This document shows positions 1 to 15,300 of a stretch of DNA of 64,000 nucleotides, piece after piece. This stretch comes from Eledone cirrhosa (taxonomy: Eukaryota), in NCBI GenBank assembly GCA_964016885.1, contig OZ024759.1:1240001-1304000 (forward strand). The letters are read 5' to 3'. Numbering within the stretch: the stretch's first letter is position 1; each line of letters opens with the position of its first letter. The translations under genes and the position numbers were made by a program. The notes beneath the pieces are model-generated. The model was not told where the DNA came from, did not search any database, and saw only the letters and a program-made list of their open reading frames with translations.

Positions 1-90
1 AACATGACAAAGTCTATATTAGTAACATGACAAAGTCTATATTAGTAACATGACAGTCTATATTAGTAACATGACAAAGTCTATATTAGT

Positions 91-3000
91 AACATGACAA
101 AGTCTCTATTAGTAACATGACAAAGTCTATATTAGTAACATGACAGTCTATATTAGTAACATGACAAAGTCTCTATTAGTAACATGACAAAGTCTATATT
201 AGTAACATGACAGTCTATATTAGTAACATGACAAAGTCTATATTAGTAACATGACAGACTATATTGTAACATGACACAGTCTATATTAGTAACATGACAC
301 AGTTTATATTAGTAACATGACATAGACTATATTAGTAACATGACAAAGTCTATATTAGTAACATGACAGTCTATATTGTAACATGACACAGTCTATATTA
401 GTAACATGACACAGTCTATATTAGTAACATGACAGTCTATATTAGTAACATGACAAAGTCTATATTAGTAACATGACAAAGTCTATATTAGTAACATGAC
501 AAAGTCTATATTAGTAACATGACAAAGTCTATATTAGTAGCATGACACAGTCTATATTAGTAACATGACAAAGTCTATATTAGTAACATGACACAGTCTA
601 TATTAGTAACATGACAAAGTCTATATTAGTAGCATGACAAAGTCTATATTAGTAACATGACACAGTCTATATTAGTAACATGACAAAGTCTATATTAGTA
701 ACATGACACTGTCTATATTAGTAACTTGACAAAGTCTATATTAGTAACATGACACAGTCTATATTAGTAACATGACACAGTCTATATTAGTAACATGACA
801 AAGTCTATATTAGTAGCATGACAAAGTCTATATTAGTAACATGACAAAGTCTATATTAGTAACATGACACAGTCTATGTTAGTAACATGACAAAGTCTAT
901 ATTAGTAACATGACACAGTCTATATTAGTAAAATGACAGTCTATATTAGTAAAATGACAGTCCATATTAGTAGCATGACAAAGTCTATATTAGTAACATG
1001 ACAAAGTCTATATTAGTAACATGACACAGTCTATATTAGTAACATGACACAGTCTATATTAGTAACATCACACAGTCTATATTAGTAACATGACAAAGTC
1101 TATATTAGTAACATGGCAAAGTCTATATTAGTAACATGACAAAGTCTATATTAGTAACATGACAAGGCCTATATTAGTAATATGACACAGTCTATATTAG
1201 TAACATGACAAAGTCTATATTAGTAACATGACAAAGTCTATATTAGTAACATGACAGTCTATATTAGTAACATGACACAGTCTATATTAGTAACATGACA
1301 AAGTCTATATTAGTAACATGACACAGTCTATATTAGTAACATGACACAGTCTATATTAGTAACATGACACAGTTTATATTAGTAACATGACAAAGTCTAT
1401 ATTAGTAACATGACAAAGTCTATATTAGTAACATGGCAGTCTATATTAGTAACATGACAAAGTCTATATTAGTAACATGACACAGTCTATATTAGTAACA
1501 TGACAAAGACTCTATTAGTAACATGACAAAGTCTATATTAGTAACATGACAGTCTATATTAGTAACATGACAAAATCTATATTAGTAACATGACAGTCTA
1601 TATTAGTAACATGACAAAGTCTATATTAGTAACATGACACAGTCTATATTAGTAACATGACATAGTCTATATTAGTAACATGACACAGTCTATATTAGTA
1701 GCATGACAAAGTCTATATTAGTAACATGACAAAGTCTATATTAGTAACATGAGAAAGTCTATATTAGTAACATGACACAGTCTATATTAGTAACATGACA
1801 AAGTCTATATTAGTAACATGACACAGTCTATATTAGTAACATGACACGGTCTATATTAGTAACATGACAAAGTCTATATTAGTAGCATGACAAAGTCTAT
1901 ATTAGTAACATGACAAAGTCTATATTAGTAACATGACACAGTCTATATTAGTAACATGACAAAGTCTATATTAGTAACATGACGGTCTATATTAGTAACA
2001 TGACAGTCTATATTAGTAGCATGACAAAGTCTATATTAGTAGCATGACACAGTCTATATTAGTAACATGACACAGTCTATATTAGTAACATGACAACGTC
2101 TATATTAGTAGCATGACAAAGTCTATATTAGTAACATGACACAGTCTATATTAGTAACATGACAAAGTCTATATTAGTAGCATGACAACGTCTATATTAG
2201 TAACATGACACAGTCTATATTAGTAACATGACAAAGTCTATATTAGTAACATGACAAAGTCTATATTAGTAACATGACAAAGTCTATATTAGTAACATGA
2301 CACAGTCTATATTAGTAACATGACAAAGTCTATATTAGTAACATGACAGTCTATATTAGTAGCATGACAAAGTCTATATTAGTAACATGACAAAGTCTAT
2401 ATTAGTAATATGACACAGTCTATATTAGTAACATGACACAGTCTATATTAGTAACATGACAGTCTATATTAGTAACATGACAAAGTCTATATTAGTAACA
2501 TGACAAAGTCTATATTAGTAACATGACAGTCTATATTAGTAACATGACACATTCTATATTAGTAACATGACAAAGTCTATATTAGTAGCATGACAAAGTC
2601 TATATTAGTAACATGACAGTCTATATTAGTAACATGCCAAAGTCTATATTAGTAGCATGACAAAGTCTATATTAGTAACATGACACAGTCTATATTAGTA
2701 ACATGACAAAGTCTATATTAGTAACATGACAAAGTCTATATTAGTAACATGACACAGTGTATATTAGTAATATGACAGTCTATATTAGTAGCATGACAAA
2801 GTCTATATTAGTAACATGACAAAGTCTATATTAGTAACATGACACAGTCTATATTAGTAACATGACACAGTCTATATTAGTAACATGACACAGTCTATAT
2901 TAGTAACATGACAAAGTCTATATTAGTAACATGGCAAAGTCTATATTAGTAACATGACAAAGTCTATATTAGTAACATGACAAGGTCTATATTAGTAACA

Positions 3001-6000
3001 TGACACAGTCTATATTAGTAACATGACAAAGTCTATATTAGTAACATGACAGTCTATATTAGTAACATGCCAAAGTCTATATTAGTAGCATGACAAAGTC
3101 TATATTAGTAGCATGACACAGTCTATATTAGTAACATGACATGGTCTATATTAGTAACATGACAAAGTCTATATTAGTAACATGGCAGTCTATATTAGTA
3201 ACATGACAAAGTCTATATTAGTAACATGACACAGTCTATATTAGTAACATGACAAAGACTCTATTAGTAACATGACAAAGTCTATATTAGTAACATGACA
3301 GTCTATATTAGTAACATGACAAAATCTATATTAGTAACATGACAGTCTATATTAGTAACATGACAAAGTCTATATTAGTAACATGACACAGTCTATATTA
3401 GTAACATGACATAGTCTATATTAGTAACATGACACAGTCTATATTAGTAGCATGACAAAGTCTATATTAGTAACATGACAAAGTCTATATTAGTAACATG
3501 AGAAAGTCTATATTAGTAACATGACACAGTCTATATTAGTAACATGACAAAGTCTATATTAGTAACATGACACAGTCTATATTAGTAACATGACACAGTC
3601 TATATTAGTAACATGACAAAGTCTATATTAGTAGCATGACAAAGTCTATATTAGTAACATGACAAAGTCTATATTAGTAACATGACACAGTCTATATTAG
3701 TAACATGACAAAGTCTATATTAGTAACATGACGGTCTATATTAGTAACATGACAGTCTATATTAGTAGCATGACAAAGTCTATATTAGTAACATGACACA
3801 GTCTATATTAGTAACATGACACAGTCTATATTAGTAACATGACAACGTCTATATTAGTAGCATGACAAAGTCTATATTAGTAACATGACACAGTCTATAT
3901 TAGTAACATGACAAAGTCTATATTAGTAGCATGACAAAGTCTATATTAGTAACATGACACAGTCTATATTAGTAACATGACAAAGTCTATATTAGTAACA
4001 TGACAAAGTCTATATTAGTAACATGACAAAGTCTATATTAGTAACATGACACAGTCTATATTAGTAACATGACAAAGTCTATATTAGTAACATGACAGTC
4101 TATATTAGTAGCATGACAAAGTCTATATTAGTAACATGACAAAGTCTATATTAGTAATATGACACAGTCTATATTAGTAACATGACACAGTCTATATTAG
4201 TAACATGACAGTCTATATTAGTAACATGACAAAGTCTATATTAGTAACATGACAAAGTCTATATTAGTAACATGACAGTCTATATTAGTAACATGACACA
4301 TTCTATATTAGTAACATGACAAAGTCTATATTAGTAGCATGACAAAGTCTATATTAGTAACATGACAGTCTATATTAGTAACATGCCAAAGTCTATATTA
4401 GTAGCATGACAAAGTCTATATTAGTAACATGACAAAGTCTATATTAGTAACATGACAAAGTCTATATTAGTAACATGACACAGTGTATATTAGTAATATG
4501 ACAGTCTATATTAGTAGCATGACAAAGTCTATATTAGTAACATGACAAAGTCTATATTAGTAACATGACACAGTCTATATTAGTAACATGACACAGTCTA
4601 TATTAGTAACATGACACAGTCTATATTAGTAACATGACAAAGTCTATATTAGTAACATGGCAAAGTCTATATTAGTAACATGACAAAGTCTATATTAGTA
4701 ACATGACAAGGTCTATATTAGTAACATGACACAGTCTATATTAGTAACATGACAAAGTCTATATTAGTAACATGACAGTCTATATTAGTAACATGCCAAA
4801 GTCTATATTAGTAGCATGACAAAGTCTATATTAGTAGCATGACACAGTCTATATTAGTAACATGACATGGTCTATATTAGTAACATGACACAGTCTATAT
4901 TAGTAGCATGACAAAGTCTATATTAGTAACATGACAAAGTCTATATTAGTAACATGAGAAAGTCTATATTAGTAACATGACAAAGTCTCTATTAGTAACA
5001 TGACAAAGTCTATATTAGTAACATGACAGTCTATATTAGTAACATGACAAAGTCTCTATTAGTAACATGACAAAGTCTATATTAGTAACATGACAGTCTA
5101 TATTAGTAACATGACAAAGTCTATATTAGTAACATGACAGACTATATTGTAACATGACACAGTCTATATTAGTAACATGACACAGTTTATATTAGTAACA
5201 TGACATAGACTATATTAGTAACATGACAAAGTCTATATTAGTAACATGACAGTCTATATTGTAACATGACACAGTCTGTATTAGTAACATGACACAGTCT
5301 ATATTAGTAACATGACAGTCTATATTAGTAACATGACAAAGTCTATATTAGTAACATGACAAAGTCTATATTAGTAACATGACAAAGTCTATATTAGTAA
5401 CATGACAAAGTCTATATTAGTAGCATGACACAGTCTATATTAGTAACATGACAAAGTCTATATTAGTAACATGACACAGTCTATATTAGTAACATGACAA
5501 AGTCTATATTAGTAGCATGACAAAGTCTATATTAGTAACATGACACAGTCTATATTAGTAACATGACAAAGTCTATATTAGTAACATGACACTGTCTATA
5601 TTAGTAACTTGACAAAGTCTATATTAGTAACATGACACAGTCTATATTAGTAACATGACACAGTCTATATTAGTAACATGACAAAGTCTATATTAGTAGC
5701 ATGACAAAGTCTATATTAGTAACATGACAAAGTCTATATTAGTAACATGACACAGTCTATGTTAGTAACATGACAAAGTCTATATTAGTAACATGACACA
5801 GTCTATATTAGTAAAATGACAGTCTATATTAGTAAAATGACAGTCCATATTAGTAGCATGACAAAGTCTATATTAGTAACATGACAAAGTCTATATTAGT
5901 AACATGACACAGTCTATATTAGTAACATGACACAGTCTATATTAGTAACATCACACAGTCTATATTAGTAACATGACAAAGTCTATATTAGTAACATGGC

Positions 6001-9000
6001 AAAGTCTATATTAGTAACATGACAAAGTCTATATTAGTAACATGACAAGGCCTATATTAGTAATATGACACAGTCTATATTAGTAACATGACAAAGTCTA
6101 TATTAGTAACATGACAAAGTCTATATTAGTAACATGACAGTCTATATTAGTAACATGACACAGTCTATATTAGTAACATGACAAAGTCTATATTAGTAAC
6201 ATGACACAGTCTATATTAGTAACATGACACAGTCTATATTAGTAACATGACACAGTTTATATTAGTAACATGACAAAGTCTATATTAGTAACATGACAAA
6301 GTCTATATTAGTAACATGGCAGTCTATATTAGTAACATGACAAAGTCTATATTAGTAACATGACACAGTCTATATTAGTAACATGACAAAGACTCTATTA
6401 GTAACATGACAAAGTCTATATTAGTAACATGACAGTCTATATTAGTAACATGACAAAATCTATATTAGTAACATGACAGTCTATATTAGTAACATGACAA
6501 AGTCTATATTAGTAACATGACACAGTCTATATTAGTAACATGACATAGTCTATATTAGTAACATGACACAGTCTATATTAGTAGCATGACAAAGTCTATA
6601 TTAGTAACATGACAAAGTCTATATTAGTAACATGAGAAAGTCTATATTAGTAACATGACACAGTCTATATTAGTAACATGACAAAGTCTATATTAGTAAC
6701 ATGACACAGTCTATATTAGTAACATGACACGGTCTATATTAGTAACATGACAAAGTCTATATTAGTAGCATGACAAAGTCTATATTAGTAACATGACAAA
6801 GTCTATATTAGTAACATGACACAGTCCATATTAGTAACATGACAAAGTCTATATTAGTAACATGACGGTCTATATTAGTAACATGACAGTCTATATTAGT
6901 AGCATGACAAAGTCTATATTAGTAACATGACACAGTCTATATTAGTAACATGACACAGTCTATATTAGTAACATGACAACGTCTATATTAGTAGCATGAC
7001 AAAGTCTATATTAGTAACATGACACAGTCTATATTAGTAACATGACAAAGTCTATATTAGTAGCATGACAAAGTCTATATTAGTAACATGACACAGTCTA
7101 TATTAGTAACATGACAAAGTCTATATTAGTAACATGACAAAGTCTATATTAGTAACATGACAAAGTCTATATTAGTAACATGACACAGTCTATATTAGTA
7201 ACATGACAAAGTCTATATTAGTAACATGACAGTCTATATTAGTAGCATGACAAAGTCTATATTAGTAACATGACAAAGTCTATATTAGTAATATGACACA
7301 GTCTATATTAGTAACATGACACAGTCTATATTAGTAACATGACAGTCTATATTAGTAACATGACAAAGTCTATATTAGTAACATGACACAGTGTATATTA
7401 GTAATATGACAGTCTATATTAGTAGCATGACAAAGTCTATATTAGTAACATGACAAAGTCTATATTAGTAACATGACACAGTCTATATTAGTAACATGAC
7501 ACAGTCTATATTAGTAACATGACACAGTCTATATTAGTAACATGACAAAGTCTATATTAGTAACATGGCAAAGTCTATATTAGTAACATGACAAAGTCTA
7601 TATTAGTAACATGACAAGGTCTATATTAGTAACATGACACAGTCTATATTAGTAACATGACAAAGTCTATATTAGTAACATGACAGTCTATATTAGTAAC
7701 ATGCCAAAGTCTATATTAGTAGCATGACAAAGTCTATATTAGTAGCATGACACAGTCTATATTAGTAACATGACATGGTCTATATTAGTAACATGACAAA
7801 GTCTATATTAGTAACATGGCAGTCTATATTAGTAACATGACAAAGTCTATATTAGTAACATGACACAGTCTATATTAGTAACATGACAAAGACTCTATTA
7901 GTAACATGACAAAGTCTATATTAGTAACATGACAGTCTATATTAGTAACATGACAAAATCTATATTAGTAACATGACAGTCTATATTAGTAACATGACAA
8001 AGTCTATATTAGTAACATGACACAGTCTATATTAGTAACATGACATAGTCTATATTAGTAACATGACACAGTCTATATTAGTAGCATGACAAAGTCTATA
8101 TTAGTAACATGACAAAGTCTATATTAGTAACATGAGAAAGTCTATATTAGTAACATGACACAGTCTATATTAGTAACATGACAAAGTCTATATTAGTAAC
8201 ATGACACAGTCTATATTAGTAACATGACACAGTCTATATTAGTAACATGACAAAGTCTATATTAGTAGCATGACAAAGTCTATATTAGTAACATGACAAA
8301 GTCTATATTAGTAACATGACACAGTCTATATTAGTAACATGACAAAGTCTATATTAGTAACATGACGGTCTATATTAGTAACATGACAGTCTATATTAGT
8401 AGCATGACAAAGTCTATATTAGTAACATGACACAGTCTATATTAGTAACATGACACAGTCTATATTAGTAACATGACAACGTCTATATTAGTAGCATGAC
8501 AAAGTCTATATTAGTAACATGACACAGTCTATATTAGTAACATGACAAAGTCTATATTAGTAGCATGACAAAGTCTATATTAGTAACATGACACAGTCTA
8601 TATTAGTAACATGACAAAGTCTATATTAGTAACATGACAAAGTCTATATTAGTAACATGACAAAGTCTATATTAGTAACATGACACAGTCTATATTAGTA
8701 ACATGACAAAGTCTATATTAGTAACATGACAGTCTATATTAGTAGCATGACAAAGTCTATATTAGTAACATGACAAAGTCTATATTAGTAATATGACACA
8801 GTCTATATTAGTAACATGACACAGTCTATATTAGTAACATGACAGTCTATATTAGTAACATGACAAAGTCTATATTAGTAACATGACAAAGTCTATATTA
8901 GTAACATGACAGTCTATATTAGTAACATGACACATTCTATATTAGTAACATGACAAAGTCTATATTAGTAGCATGACAAAGTCTATATAAGTAACATGAC

Positions 9001-9538
9001 AGTCTATATTAGTAACATGCCAAAGTCTATATTAGTAGCATGACAAAGTCTATATTAGTAACATGACAAAGTCTATATTAGTAACATGACACAGTGTATA
9101 TTAGTAATATGACAGTCTATATTAGTAGCATGACAAAGTCTATATTAGTAACATGACAAAGTCTATATTAGTAACATGACACAGTCTATATTAGTAACAT
9201 GACACAGTCTATATTAGTAACATGACACAGTCTATATTAGTAATATGACAAAGTCTATATTAGTAACATGACAAGGTCTATATTAGTAACATGACACAGT
9301 CTATATTAGTAACATGACAAAGTCTATATTAGTAACATGACAGTCTATATTAGTAACATGCCAAAGTCTATATTAGTAGCATGACAAAGTCTATATTAGT
9401 AGCATGACACAGTCTATATTAGTAACATGACATGGTCTATATTAGTAACATGACACAGTCTATATTAGTAGCATGACAAAGTCTATATTAGTAACATGAC
9501 AAAGTCTATATTAGTAACATGAGAAAGTCTATATTAGT
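91..9538 (+). repeat. Higher-order tandem duplication, unit ~4.9 kb (copy 1 ~91-4973, copy 2 ~4974-9538 with internal monomer deletions)
   Basis: Rare variants recur at offset 4883: GTCTCTATT monomer 91/4974, TAACTTGAC C725/C5608, GTAAAATGAC G928/G5811, AGGCCT 1165/6048. The offset then steps to 4634 (GTGTAT 2757/7391; GACTCTATT 3257/7891), 4611 (GTGTAT 4483/9094) and 4565 (GAGAAAG 4956/9521). Confidence 0.92.
1410..4880 (+). repeat. Nested tandem duplication, unit 1749 bp (~77 monomers), lying inside the 4.9-kb unit and therefore repeated at ~6.3-9.4 kb
   Basis: Offset 1749 for CATGGCAGTC 1432/3181, GACTCTATT 1508/3257 and AAAATCTAT 1572/3321. The offset becomes 1726 (one monomer fewer) at GTGTAT 2757/4483. 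Confidence 0.88.
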
Positions 9539-12500
9539 AACATGACACAGTCTATATTAGTAACATGACAAAGTCTATATTAGTAACATGACACAGTCTA
9601 TATTAGTAACATGACACAGTCTATATTAGTAACATGACAAAGTCTATATTAGTAGCATGACAAAGTCTATATTAGTAACATGACAAAGTCTATATTAGTA
9701 ACATGACACAGTCTATATTAGTAACATGACAAAGTCTATATTAGTAACATGACGGTCTATATTAGTAACATGACAGTCTATATTAGTAGCATGACAAAGT
9801 CTATATTAGTAACATGACACAGTCTATATTAGTAACATGACACAGTCTATATTAGTAATATGACAAAGTCTATATTAGTAGCATGACAAAGTCTATATTA
9901 GTAACATGACACAGTCTATATTAGTAACATGACAAAGTCTATATTAGTAGCATGACAAAGTCTATATTAGTAACATGACAAAGTCTATATTAGTAACATG
10001 ACACAGTCTATATTAGTAACATGACAGTCTATATTAGTAACATGACAGTCCATATTAGTAGCATGACAAAGTCTATATTAGTAATATGACAGTCTATATT
10101 AGTAGCATGACAAAGTCTATATTAGTAACATGACAAAGTCTATATTAGTAACATGACATAGTCTATATTAGTAACATGACACAGTCTATATTAGTAACAT
10201 GACACAGTCTATATTAGTAACATGACAAAGTCTATATTAGTAACATGACAAAGTCTATATTAGTAACATGACAAAGTCTATATTAGTAACATGACTAAGT
10301 CTATATTAGTAACATGACACAGTCTATATTAGTAACATGACAGTCTATATTAGTAGCATGACAAAGTCTATATTAGTAACATGACACAGTCTATATTAGT
10401 AGCATGACAAAGTCTATATTAGTAGCATGACACAGTCTATATTAGTAACATGACATGGTCTATATTAGTAACATGACACAGTCTATATTAGTAGCATGAC
10501 AAAGTCTATATTAGTAACATGACAAAGTCTATATTAGTAACATGAGAAAGTCTATATTAGTAACATGACACAGTCTATATTAGTAACATGACAAAGTCTA
10601 TATTAGTAACATGACACAGTCTATATTAGTAACATGACACAGTCTATATTAGTAACATGACAAAGTCTATATTAGTAGCATGACAAAGTCTATATTAGTA
10701 ACATGACAAAGTCTATATTAGTAACATGACGGTCTATATTAGTAACATGACAGTCTATATTAGTAGCATGACAAAGTCTATATTAGTAACATGACACAGT
10801 CTATATTAGTAACATGACACAGTCTATATTAGTAATATGACAAAGTCTATATTAGTAGCATGACAAAGTCTATATTAGTAACATGACACAGTCTATATTA
10901 GTAACATGACAAAGTCTATATTAGTAGCATGACAAAGTCTATATTAGTAACATGACAAAGTCTATATTAGTAACATGACACAGTCTATATTAGTAACATG
11001 ACAAAGTCTATATTAGTAACATGACGGTCTATATTAGTAACATGACAGTCTATATTAGTAGCATGACAATGTCTATATTAGTAACATGACACAGTCTATA
11101 TTAGTAACATGACACAGTCTATATTAGTAACATGACAACGTCTATATTAGTAGCATGACAAAGTCTATATTAGTAACATGACACAGTCTATATTAGTAAC
11201 ATGACAAAGTCTATATTAGTAGCATGACAAAGTCTATATTAGTAACATGACACAGTCTATATTAGTAACATGACAAAGTCTATATTAGTAACATGACAAA
11301 GTCTATATTAGTAACATGACACAGTCTATATTAGTAACATGACAAAGTCTATATTAGTAACATGACAGTCTATATTAGTAGCATGACAAAGTCTATATTA
11401 GTAACATGACAAAGTCTATATTAGTAACATGACACAGTCTATATTAGTAACATGACACAGTCTATATTAGTAACATGACAGTCTATATTAGTAACATGAC
11501 AAAGTCTATATTAGTAACATGGCAAAGTCTATGTTAGTAACATGACAAAGTCTATATTAGTAACATGACAGTCTATATTAGTAACATGACACATTCTATA
11601 TTAGTAACATGACAAAGTCTATATTAGTAGCATGACAAAGTCTATATTAGTAACATGACAGTCTATATTAGTAACATGCCAAAGTCTATATTAGTAGCAT
11701 GACAAAGTCTATATTAGTAACATGACAAAGTCTATATTAGTAGCATGACAAAGTCTATATTAGTAACATGACAAAGTCTATATTAGTAACATGACACAGT
11801 CTATATTAGTAACATGACAAAGTCTATATTAGTAACATGACGGTCTATATATTAGTAACATGACGGTCTATATTAGTAACATGACAGTCTATATTAGTAG
11901 CATGACAAAGTCTATATTAGTAACATGACACAGTCTATATTAGTAACATGACACAGTCTATATTAGTAACATGACAACGTCTATATTAGTAGCATGACAA
12001 AGTCTATATTAGTAACATGACACAGTCTATATTAGTAACATGACAAAGTCTATATTAGTAGCATGACAAAGTCTATATTAGTAACATGACACAGTCTATA
12101 TTAGTAACATGACAAAGTCTATATTAGTAACATGACAAAGTCTATATTAGTAACATGACAAAGTCTATATTAGTAACATGACACAGTCTATATTAGTAAC
12201 ATGACAAAGTCTATATTAGTAACATGACAGTCTATATTAGTAGCATGACAAAGTCTATATTAGTAACATGACAAAGTCTATATTAGTAATATGACACAGT
12301 CTATATTAGTAACATGACACAGTCTATATTAGTAACATGACAGTCTATATTAGTAACATGACAAAGTCTATATTAGTAACATGACAAAGTCTATATTAGT
12401 AACATGACAGTCTATATTAGTAACATGACACATTCTATATTAGTAACATGACAAAGTCTATATTAGTAGCATGACAAAGTCTATATTAGTAACATGACAG

Positions 12501-15300
12501 TCTATATTAGTAACATGCCAAAGTCTATATTAGTAGCATGACAAAGTCTATATTAGTAACATGACAAAGTCTATATTAGTAACATGACAAAGTCTATATT
12601 AGTAACATGACACAGTGTATATTAGTAATATGACAGTCTATATTAGTAGCATGACAAAGTCTATATTAGTAACATGACAAAGTCTATATTAGTAACATGA
12701 CACAGTCTATATTAGTAACATGACACAGTCTATATTAGTAACATGACACAGTCTATATTAGTAACATGACAAAGTCTATATTAGTAACATGGCAAAGTCT
12801 ATATTAGTAACATGACAAAGTCTATATTAGTAACATGACAAGGTCTATATTAGTAACATGACACAGTCTATATTAGTAACATGACAAAGTCTATATTAGT
12901 AACATGACAGTCTATATTAGTAACATGCCAAAGTCTATATTAGTAGCATGACAAAGTCTATATTAGTAGCATGACACAGTCTATATTAGTAACATGACAT
13001 GGTCTATATTAGTAACATGACACAGTCTATATTAGTAGCATGACAAAGTCTATATTAGTAACATGACAAAGTCTATATTAGTAACATGAGAAAGTCTATA
13101 TTAGTAACATGACACAGTCTATATTAGTAACATGACAAAGTCTATATTAGTAACATGACACAGTCTATATTAGTAACATGACACAGTCTATATTAGTAAC
13201 ATGACAAAGTCTATATTAGTAGCATGACAAAGTCTATATTAGTAACATGACAAAGTCTATATTAGTAACATGACACAGTCTATATTAGTAACATGACAAA
13301 GTCTATATTAGTAACATGACGGTCTATATTAGTAACATGACAGTCTATATTAGTAGCATGACAAAGTCTATATTAGTAACATGACACAGTCTATATTAGT
13401 AACATGACACAGTCTATATTAGTAATATGACAAAGTCTATATTAGTAGCATGACAAAGTCTATATTAGTAACATGACACAGTCTATATTAGTAACATGAC
13501 AAAGTCTATATTAGTAGCATGACAAAGTCTATATTAGTAACATGACAAAGTCTATATTAGTAACATGACACAGTCTATATTAGTAACATGACAGTCTATA
13601 TTAGTAACATGACAGTCCATATTAGTAGCATGACAAAGTCTATATTAGTAATATGACAGTCTATATTAGTAGCATGACAAAGTCTATATTAGTAACATGA
13701 CAAAGTCTATATTAGTAACATGACACAGTCTATATTAGTAACATGACACAGTCTATATTAGTAACATGACACAGTCTATATTAGTAACATGACAAAGTCT
13801 ATATTAGTAACATGACAAAGTCTATATTAGTAACATGACAAAGTCTATATTAGTAACATGACTAAGTCTATATTAGTAACATGACACAGTCTATATTAGT
13901 AACATGACAGTCTATATTAGTAGCATGACAAAGTCTATATTAGTAACATGACACAGTCTATATTAGTAGCATGACAAAGTCTATATTAGTAGCATGACAC
14001 AGTCTATATTAGTAACATGACATGGTCTATATTAGTAACATGACACAGTCTATATTAGTAGCATGACAAAGTCTATATTAGTAACATGACAAAGTCTATA
14101 TTAGTAACATGAGAAAGTCTATATTAGTAACATGACACAGTCTATATTAGTAACATGACAAAGTCTATATTAGTAACATGACACAGTCTATATTAGTAAC
14201 ATGACACAGTCTATATTAGTAACATGACAAAGTCTATATTAGTAGCATGACAAAGTCTATATTAGTAACATGACAAAGTCTATATTAGTAACATGACGGT
14301 CTATATTAGTAACATGACAGTCTATATTAGTAGCATGACAAAGTCTATATTAGTAACATGACACAGTCTATATTAGTAACATGACACAGTCTATATTAGT
14401 AATATGACAAAGTCTATATTAGTAGCATGACAAAGTCTATATTAGTAACATGACACAGTCTATATTAGTAACATGACAAAGTCTATATTAGTAGCATGAC
14501 AAAGTCTATATTAGTAACATGACAAAGTCTATATTAGTAACATGACACAGTCTATATTAGTAACATGACAAAGTCTATATTAGTAACATGACGGTCTATA
14601 TTAGTAACATGACAGTCTATATTAGTAGCATGACAATGTCTATATTAGTAACATGACACAGTCTATATTAGTAACATGACACAGTCTATATTAGTAACAT
14701 GACAACGTCTATATTAGTAGCATGACAAAGTCTATATTAGTAACATGACACAGTCTATATTAGTAACATGACAAAGTCTATATTAGTAGCATGACAAAGT
14801 CTATATTAGTAACATGACACAGTCTATATTAGTAACATGACAAAGTCTATATTAGTAACATGACAAAGTCTATATTAGTAACATGACAAAGTCTATATTA
14901 GTAACATGACACAGTCTATATTAGTAACATGACAAAGTCTATATTAGTAACATGACAGTCTATATTAGTAGCATGACAAAGTCTATATTAGTAACATGAC
15001 AAAGTCTATATTAGTAACATGACACAGTCTATATTAGTAACATGACACAGTCTATATTAGTAACATGACAGTCTATATTAGTAACATGACAAAGTCTATA
15101 TTAGTAACATGGCAAAGTCTATGTTAGTAACATGACAAAGTCTATATTAGTAACATGACAGTCTATATTAGTAACATGACACATTCTATATTAGTAACAT
15201 GACAAAGTCTATATTAGTAGCATGACAAAGTCTATATTAGTAACATGACAGTCTATATTAGTAACATGCCAAAGTCTATATTAGTAGCATGACAAAGTCT
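8250..15300 (+). repeat. Higher-order tandem duplication, unit ~3.5 kb (junction ~11.7-11.9 kb)
   Basis: Offset 3567 for GAGAAAG 9521/13088, GACTAAG T10296/T13863 and GACAATGTC T11070/T14637. Neighbouring markers differ by whole monomers: 3498 at GACAACG 8480/11978, 3521 at GTGTAT 9094/12615, 3590 at TATGTTAG 11533/15123. Confidence 0.85.
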
